Shown: one piece after another, positions 26,646-32,000 of the stretch
Position numbering within the stretch: position 1 is the first letter of the stretch
How the letters are laid out: the number at the start of each line of letters is the position of its first letter
Assembly (NCBI RefSeq): GCF_000020025.1
Contig: NC_010628.1
Coordinates: forward strand, 5,130,001 to 5,162,000
Direction: 5' to 3'
DNA from: Nostoc punctiforme PCC 73102
Lineage (GTDB): Bacteria > Cyanobacteriota > Cyanobacteriia > Cyanobacteriales > Nostocaceae
Length of the DNA: 32,000 bases
Notes under the pieces: model-generated
Databases searched by the model: none
Seen by the model: only the letters and a program-made list of their open reading frames with translations
Told to the model about the DNA's origin: nothing
Position numbers and translations under genes: made by a program

Positions 26646-27198
26646 ATTGCCAAAACGTGTAAAACAAAACTTAACTAAGTAAAACAGTACAAATCAGCAC
26701 AGCTGTTTCACTATGTTACTCCTAAAAGGAGATATACATGGAAATTACGTAGTTATGCTGTAGCCATCCAGCAGATAAACTGTTATCAAATATTCATATT
26801 AAGACTGTGTTCCAAAAATTATCTTTTATAGACTTTTTATACCTATCTTTTCCCCCTTAATTAAGGTATCATCCTTTGTTATGAAAAAAGATTTGGTCTC
26901 GTTCGATTTAAAATAGCTATATAAAAATCCGCTTTGATTTTTGTTCGCGCAGCGTGGCGTAGCCATACTTATTTGTGTGGGTTGGCAAGGGGCAATAGGA
27001 AATAAGGCTTTTTGAGTAGTACAGAGTTTTTCAGAAATCAAATATGAGTTCTATCTCAATATCACATACCCTTCATGTATAGTGAGGAGTTAGTTTATTT
27101 ATCAAAATAAAGTAGTAACTTTTTTAAACTACATTTTATGAGTATCTTCTAGCGCGAGATAGTCCGACAAAAATCAATAAGTCACGCTAGAACATACC

Positions 27199-27978
27199 TT
27201 AACCGAAACGCCCTGAAATGTAGTCGCGGGTGCGAGGGTCTAGTGGATTGTTAAAGATTTGCTCTGTAGCGCCAAATTCAATCATTTGACCAATGCGACT
27301 TTCGTCGGTGCTAAAGAAAGCCGTAAAATCAGAAACGCGGGCGGCTTGTTGCATATTGTGGGTAACGATCGCAATTGTCAACTCAGACTGTAAGCTATGA
27401 AGGAGTTCCTCAACTTTCATGGTGGCAATGGGGTCAAGAGCCGAGCAAGGCTCATCCATCAGCAAAACTTTCGGCTTGACTGCTAAAGCGCGAGCAATAC
27501 ACAATCTTTGTTGCTGACCACCAGAAAGCCCTAAAGCTGATTTATCGAGCTTATCTTTTACTTCATCCCAAAGAGCAGCACTTTTAAGGGCAGATTCAAC
27601 AATTTCATCTAATTCTAATTTTGAATTCCTACCTGCTATTCTCATACCGTAGGCAACATTTTCGTAAATGCTTATCGGAAAAGGATTCGGTTTTTGAAAC
27701 ACCATACCAATTTGGCGGCGTAATCGGTTGATGTTGACACGAGAATCGTAAATATTTTGACCAAAAAATTCTACATCTCCTTCAACTTTTACAGGCCCTT
27801 CTAATTCGCTAATTCGATTAAGAATTTTGATGAAGGTAGATTTACCACAGCCACTAGGGCCAATAATTGCGGTTACTTGTTTTTGATAAATATCTATTGA
27901 TACCTTTTCGATTGCTTTTGTTGCGCCATAGTAAAAGCTGATATTTTTAACTTTGATAGCTGGAATTAGGTTACTCAT
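27199..27978 (-). CDS. pstB: Phosphate ABC transporter ATP-binding protein PstB
   Basis: 259 aa. Walker [10 protein letters not shown], canonical Q-loop [24 protein letters not shown] and VTHNM are present. Confidence 0.95.
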   Translation of the reverse strand: MSNLIPAIKVKNISFYYGATKAIEKVSIDIYQKQVTAIIGPSGCGKSTFIKILNRISELEGPVKVEGDVEFFGQNIYDSRVNINRLRRQIGMVFQKPNPFPISIYENVAYGMRIAGRNSKLELDEIVESALKSAALWDEVKDKLDKSALGLSGGQQQRLCIARALAVKPKVLLMDEPCSALDPIATMKVEELLHSLQSELTIAIVTHNMQQAARVSDFTAFFSTDESRIGQMIEFGATEQIFNNPLDPRTRDYISGRFG

Positions 27979-28011
27979 GCTTGATTAAGGTGCGAAATAA
28001 AAATTATAAAA

Positions 28012-28171
28012 ACAGAATTCAGGAGTCAGAATTAAGACGAAATTATATAATAGTAATAGAAAACAATCAAATATATTTGAATTTTCTACTATTAGTATTT
28101 AATTGTCTTAAATTAGTAGTCAATCGGAATCATCTATGAATGAATTATTACATCTGACTTCTGAATTCTGT
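28012..28171. mobile_element. MITE-like element of about 160 bp in the pstA-pstB intercistronic region
   Basis: The 19-nt terminal inverted repeats are acagaattcaggagtcaga (28012-28030) and tctgacttctgaattctgt (28153-28171), matching at 18 of 19 positions. The interior is AT-rich with a second, imperfect inverted repeat: ataatagtaatagaaaa (28047-28063) vs ttttctactattagta (28083-28098). The right end is 8 bp from the pstA stop codon and the left end is 34 bp from the pstB ATG. Confidence 0.45.
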
Positions 28172-28178
28172 ATTCTGA

Positions 28179-29060
28179 TCATTTTATTCTTCTCTGTCTA
28201 ATAACTAAGCGCGAAATAATGCTGACAGATAAAATTAAGCCGAGTAAAACTATAGAAGTAGTCCATACCAATTGGCTTTTTTCTGGGTCGGGGTCGTTGT
28301 AGAGGTTAAAAATCAATACTGGTAAAGAAGCTGTTGGACTTAACAATCCTTCTGACCAATCTAGACTAAATAAAGCGGTAAAAATTAAGGGTGCTGTTTC
28401 ACCAGCAGCACGAGCTACAGCTAATAAAATACCTGTAGTAATTCCGGGGATTGCAGTAGTGACGACAATGCGAAAAGTAGTTTGGAAGCGAGTTCCACCT
28501 AAAGCAGCAGAGGCGAGGCGTTGAGATGCAGGAATCAGTTTTAAGGATTCTTCTGTTGTCAGTATAATCACAGGTAGCATAATCACAGCTAAAGCAAAAC
28601 CACCTGCGATCGCACTAAATCCTTTAGTTACTAGAACTATTACGCCATAAGCGAATACACCTACAACAATTGAAGGCACACCTGTAAGAATGCTGGTGAT
28701 AAAACGAACAAAACTAGCAATTGTGTTGCTTTGTCCAAATTCTGCTAAGAAAATTCCTGTCATAATCCCTGTGGGAATGCTTAAAATAGCACCAATTATC
28801 ACCATAATTATGGTTCCGAGGATGGCATTGCCAAAGCCATTATCAATCACTGCTTTGACAAACATTTCAGATTTGAGTCCAGATATTCCCCGGATGAAAA
28901 TTTCCCATAAAATTGATAATAAAGGAATGAGTGCTAGACCTGTAAAACCAAAAGCGATCGCATTCATTGCGTATGTAAATATTAATCGCTTCGTTGGCAG
29001 AGGACTGCATAATTCTGCCACCAAAGATTCATCCGTTTCTGACTGGATGTAACCACTCAT
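28179..29060 (-). CDS. pstA: Phosphate ABC transporter permease PstA
   Basis: 293 aa polytopic membrane protein. The EAA-type loop is ASAALGGTRFQTTFRIVV. It occupies the third position in the pst operon. Confidence 0.92.
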   Translation of the reverse strand: MSGYIQSETDESLVAELCSPLPTKRLIFTYAMNAIAFGFTGLALIPLLSILWEIFIRGISGLKSEMFVKAVIDNGFGNAILGTIIMVIIGAILSIPTGIMTGIFLAEFGQSNTIASFVRFITSILTGVPSIVVGVFAYGVIVLVTKGFSAIAGGFALAVIMLPVIILTTEESLKLIPASQRLASAALGGTRFQTTFRIVVTTAIPGITTGILLAVARAAGETAPLIFTALFSLDWSEGLLSPTASLPVLIFNLYNDPDPEKSQLVWTTSIVLLGLILSVSIISRLVIRQRRIK

Positions 29061-29112
29061 AAATTTTATAAATTTTGATTGATAAATGTCTTGCTAAGTT
29101 GCTGATAAAGTA

Positions 29113-30090
29113 TCATTTATTTTTCCTACCAACCCACTTCACCAATAGCATAGCCCCAATATTTACAGCTAGAGTCAACCCAAACAAAATCAATCCCAAA
29201 TAGCTTAAAGCACCTATATGCAATCCCGGTTCAGCTTCAGCAAATTCATTAGCTAATACAGAGGGAATTGTATAAGCTGGATCGAGTAAAGAAGCGCTGA
29301 TTTGAGCAGAGTTGCCAATCACCATAGTGACAGCCATTGTTTCACCCAAAGCACGTCCCAAAGCAAGCATGGCTGCACTCACAATTCCAGAAAATCCCGA
29401 TGGTAGCAAGACTCGAAAAATTGTTTCCCAACGAGTGCCACCCAAAGCCATAGATGCACTACGTAATTCTTTAGGGATAGCCATTAAGACATCACGGCTA
29501 ATTGCTGCCATTGTGGGCAAAATCATGATGGCTAGAATAACTCCAGCAGTCAACATATTAGTCCCAGAAGGATCTTCTGTATTAAACAGTGGTATCCATT
29601 TAAAAGTGTTAGCTAGCCACTTTTGTAGAGGTTCTAGAACTGGAATAAAGACAAAAATCGCCCATAGACCAATAATTACACTGGGAATTGCTGCAATTAA
29701 TTCCACAACAAATGCTAGGATGGTTCGCAGCGATGTCGGTAAGAAATTTTCACTCGTGACTAAGGCTACTGCCATTCCCACCGGGACAGCAAATAAAATA
29801 GCGATCGCACTACTTACCAAAGTTCCATAAATATAGGGTAATGCACCAAAAATCTGATTACCTGTATCCCAATCTTTTCCCCACAAAAATCCCAGTCCAA
29901 ACTGCTTGATAGCTGGTAAAGCTTCTGAGAAAATTACCGAACTCATCAAAAATAGTACTGCAACAGTAATCACGGCAAAAAAGTATACCAGCCGTGTAAA
30001 ACCTTGGTCAAACCAGAAATTTGCGCCACTGATACCTGTTAGATTGAAACTTTCATCGCCTAGATTTGAATCATCTGATGAATTTTCCAT
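29113..30090 (-). CDS. pstC: Phosphate ABC transporter permease PstC
   Basis: 325 aa polytopic membrane protein. The EAA-type loop is ASMALGGTRWETIFRVLLP. It occupies the second position in the pst operon. Confidence 0.92.
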   Translation of the reverse strand: MENSSDDSNLGDESFNLTGISGANFWFDQGFTRLVYFFAVITVAVLFLMSSVIFSEALPAIKQFGLGFLWGKDWDTGNQIFGALPYIYGTLVSSAIAILFAVPVGMAVALVTSENFLPTSLRTILAFVVELIAAIPSVIIGLWAIFVFIPVLEPLQKWLANTFKWIPLFNTEDPSGTNMLTAGVILAIMILPTMAAISRDVLMAIPKELRSASMALGGTRWETIFRVLLPSGFSGIVSAAMLALGRALGETMAVTMVIGNSAQISASLLDPAYTIPSVLANEFAEAEPGLHIGALSYLGLILFGLTLAVNIGAMLLVKWVGRKNK

Positions 30091-30205
30091 TACAAATCAA
30101 TAAAATAGATTTTTATTGCTACTAGAACGAGTTATTAACTTACTCTAGTAGGAGAGAAGATTATTAAGATAATTCCCCTATTCCCTCTTTTTAAGGGAGA
30201 ATTTT

Positions 30206-30240
30206 AAAATCCCCCTTTTTAAGTGGGTTGGGGGATATTT
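30206..30240 (-). terminator. Intercistronic hairpin after pstS (possible attenuator or mRNA-stabilising structure)
   Basis: The stem pairs aaaatccccc with gggggatatttt (7-bp core atccccc/gggggat), and on the minus strand it is followed by ttttaaaatt. It lies 27 nt after the pstS stop codon. A second stem, ctactaga...tctagtag, lies upstream of pstC. Confidence 0.4.
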
Positions 30241-30266
30241 TCTACGTAAGTCCTAAAGATTGCAAA

Positions 30267-31310
30267 TTAAGGTTTGACAGAGCTATTCACTGTTTGAAGC
30301 ACCCGATTTGCTACATCAGATGGAATTTTGGTGTAGTTGAGGTCATCGTTATACTGTTGACCGTCCTTCAATACCCAATTAATCCATTTCTTAATTGCAT
30401 CAGCTTTAGCAGCATTAGCATACTGTTTGTAAACCATCATCCAAGTAAGGCCAACGATCGGATAACCTTGTGCTGGTTCTCCTACAAAAACACGGTAATT
30501 GTCTGGAAAAGTGACAGTTGACAAAGCTGCATTTGCAGACTCTAAAGAAGGAGCAACAAATTCTCCTTTCTTATTTTGTACTAGTGCTGATTTCAGATTG
30601 TTTTTGACGGCGTAGGCATATTCTACATAACCAATAGAACCAGGAGTACGAGATACTATAGCAGCTACGCCTGGATTGCCTTTGCCTTTCAGGACGTTTG
30701 GCAGATTCCATTTTGGAGCAGTGTTAGCTCCAACTCTGCCTTTAAAATAACCGCTGGTAGCACTTAAGTGGTTAGTGAAAATGAAAGTTGTACCGCTACC
30801 ATCAGCGCGAACAACAAATTTAATTGCTTGACTTGGTAGATTGACACCGGGATTATCAGCTTTAATTTTTGCGTCATCCCATTTGGTAATTTGACCTGAG
30901 AAAATTTCTGGTAGTGTCTTACGGGACAACTTGAGATCGTTAACACCTGGAAGATTATAAACAACAGAAACGGCACCACCTGCTGTAGGTACTAAGATTA
31001 CACCGTTCTTGACTTTACTGATTTCATCATCTTTCATTGCAGCATCACTACCACCAAAGTCAACGGTTCCAGCGGTGACTTGACGAATACCGCCGCCACT
31101 ACCAATTGCTTGATAGTTAATTTTCAAGTCTGGATATTTCTTCTTCACTTCACGAGCATACCGTTCGTAAAGCGGAGCCGGAAAAGTTGCTCCTGCACCA
31201 TTGAGAGTTTCAGCTTGTGCGATCGCACCAAAAAATGGACTAAGTGCAACAGAAGTTGTCACCAATGAAGTAGCAATGACACGATTCAAGGTGGTGGTCG
31301 AAAAAATCAT
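30267..31310 (-). CDS. pstS: Phosphate ABC transporter substrate-binding protein PstS
   Basis: 347 aa with a Sec signal peptide ending AIAQA-E. The PstS-type motifs are GAGATFPAPLYERY, GSGGGI and GSDA. The RBS GAGG lies upstream of the ATG at 31310. Confidence 0.93.
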   Translation of the reverse strand: MIFSTTTLNRVIATSLVTTSVALSPFFGAIAQAETLNGAGATFPAPLYERYAREVKKKYPDLKINYQAIGSGGGIRQVTAGTVDFGGSDAAMKDDEISKVKNGVILVPTAGGAVSVVYNLPGVNDLKLSRKTLPEIFSGQITKWDDAKIKADNPGVNLPSQAIKFVVRADGSGTTFIFTNHLSATSGYFKGRVGANTAPKWNLPNVLKGKGNPGVAAIVSRTPGSIGYVEYAYAVKNNLKSALVQNKKGEFVAPSLESANAALSTVTFPDNYRVFVGEPAQGYPIVGLTWMMVYKQYANAAKADAIKKWINWVLKDGQQYNDDLNYTKIPSDVANRVLQTVNSSVKP

Positions 31311-31375
31311 ATTACCTCTGATTAAAGGAATATCTTCCTGCTGTAATTCCAGCCTTAATCAAGTTACATTTATTA

Positions 31376-31439
31376 TGGTTAAGTTTTCTTTAACAATTGA
31401 TAAATAAAAAATTAAGATGCGTTTAAATCCTAATTTAAA
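31376..31439 (-). promoter_or_regulatory. Candidate Pho-box array upstream of pstS
   Basis: The minus strand has CTTAACCA (31383..31376) and CTTAATTT (31416..31409). Both fit the reported cyanobacterial Pho-box unit PyTTAAPyPy(T/A) and start 33 bp (3 x 11) apart. Degenerate TTAA-core units lie in roughly 11-bp phase between and beyond them, with cores at 31390, 31423 and 31435. The array sits 66-129 bp upstream of the ATG. The region is AT-rich, so chance matches are likely. Confidence 0.4.
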
Positions 31440-31667
31440 ATATTTTTTACTTGTTGATATTTGATTGATGGGATTAGTTAGGAAAAAGATCCCAATAAAA
31501 ACTTAAATCCAATTTAAATAATTAAAAATGAGTAAATCACTAAACTTAAAAAATATAACTTTGCTAGAAAATGAATAAAAATCTGTGTTTATCAGTTAGT
31601 TCGGTAATGATGCGTTTTGGCATATTTTCAGTGCAATAATATTAGATAGGCTTGAACAAAATATTTG

Positions 31668-32000
31668 TTACGCAGTCACCTTTAACCATCCAAAAATATC
31701 ACCTACCTTCAACTGTAACCCCTGACAAAATTCTGGCACTGGTAAAACAGACTCAATTTCCTCAAAAGGTAAAGGTTGTTGTCCCGCAGGATAAGCAGCA
31801 ATGAATCGCTCATCAGGATCAATTAACCAACCCATTTGAGTTCCATGATTGAGAGCGTGTAAGATTTTTTTTGTAACTTTTGTATGGCTTTGTTCGGGTG
31901 AGAGAATTTCGATTATCCAGTCGGGTGCTACAGTAAATGTATTGGCAATATCACCATTTTCATCTACGGGAAGCCTTGCCCAAGAAAATACAGCGACATC
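31668..32000 (-). CDS. Uma2-family (DUF820) putative endonuclease. Only the C-terminal 110 codons are present, and the ORF enters from the right edge of the window.
   Basis: My own reverse translation gives ...VAPDWIIEILSPEQSHTKVTKKILHALNHGTQMGWLIDPDERFIAAYP...GWLKVTA with a TAA stop at 31670..31668. The D..E.LSP...K motif is typical of Uma2-family proteins. It is absent from the ORF track because it is truncated by the window edge. Confidence 0.75.
   Translation of the reverse strand, partial: DVAVFSWARLPVDENGDIANTFTVAPDWIIEILSPEQSHTKVTKKILHALNHGTQMGWLIDPDERFIAAYPAGQQPLPFEEIESVLPVPEFCQGLQLKVGDIFGWLKVTA

Noticed and set aside
26826-27041. 71-aa minus-strand ORF in the pstB-pstB' spacer
   Set aside because: It reads through the dispersed GTTCGCGCAGCGT repeat and has no RBS or motif. 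I treat it as non-coding.
27081-27090. ACTCCTCACT on the minus strand, resembling the Yfr1 sRNA core motif ACUCCUCACAC
   Set aside because: The motif is not exact, and the flanking stem-loops characteristic of Yfr1 (a 5' hairpin and a strong 3' terminator) are not present.
28690-29830. Plus-strand ORFs of 120 and 172 aa inside pstA and pstC
   Set aside because: They are antisense shadows of membrane-protein genes with clear permease motifs.

Overview
The window is most likely chromosomal DNA from a filamentous Nostoc/Anabaena-type cyanobacterium. The basis is about two dozen perfect HIP1 palindromes (GCGATCGC, counted by eye), STRR-like heptamer tandem repeats, and the gene content. I support 27 protein-coding genes and found no rRNA, tRNA or CRISPR array by eye.

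Genes, left to right:
- Partial Ser/Thr kinase-AAA ATPase (runs off the left edge and is missing from the ORF track), DUF925-type nucleotidyltransferase, pRiA4b-ORF3-like protein, GFA-family protein, cobO, and a hypothetical exported protein.
- Group-2 sigma-70 factor, orphan HerA-like ATPase, GST-like protein, fasciclin protein, CE4 polysaccharide deacetylase, hemL, chaB-like gene, hisIE, MFS transporter, and a small DUF2811-like protein.
- Orphan OmpR-type response regulator, CPP1-like J-like membrane protein, HAD hydrolase, hppD, and an SDR oxidoreductase.
- A low-GC gene for a Zn-ribbon/NYN/OST-HTH protein.
- A complete minus-strand phosphate uptake operon, pstS-pstC-pstA-pstB-pstB', followed by a partial Uma2-family endonuclease gene at the right edge.

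I did not find a convincing multi-gene novel system. The best leads are:
1. The compositionally foreign Zn-ribbon/NYN/OST-HTH gene directly downstream of the pst operon.
2. The distal pstB paralog, whose Q-loop glutamine is replaced by proline and which sits behind a 553-bp repeat-bearing spacer.
3. Three helically phased TTCCACAGG repeats in a divergent promoter region.
4. Heptamer tandem repeats inside the hppD reading frame.
5. Three roughly 110-160 bp MITE-like nested inverted-repeat elements, one inside the pst operon.
6. The orphan HerA-like ATPase.
7. A hairpin-dense intergenic region that could encode a small RNA.

All functional assignments come from motif recognition by eye. No database search was run.
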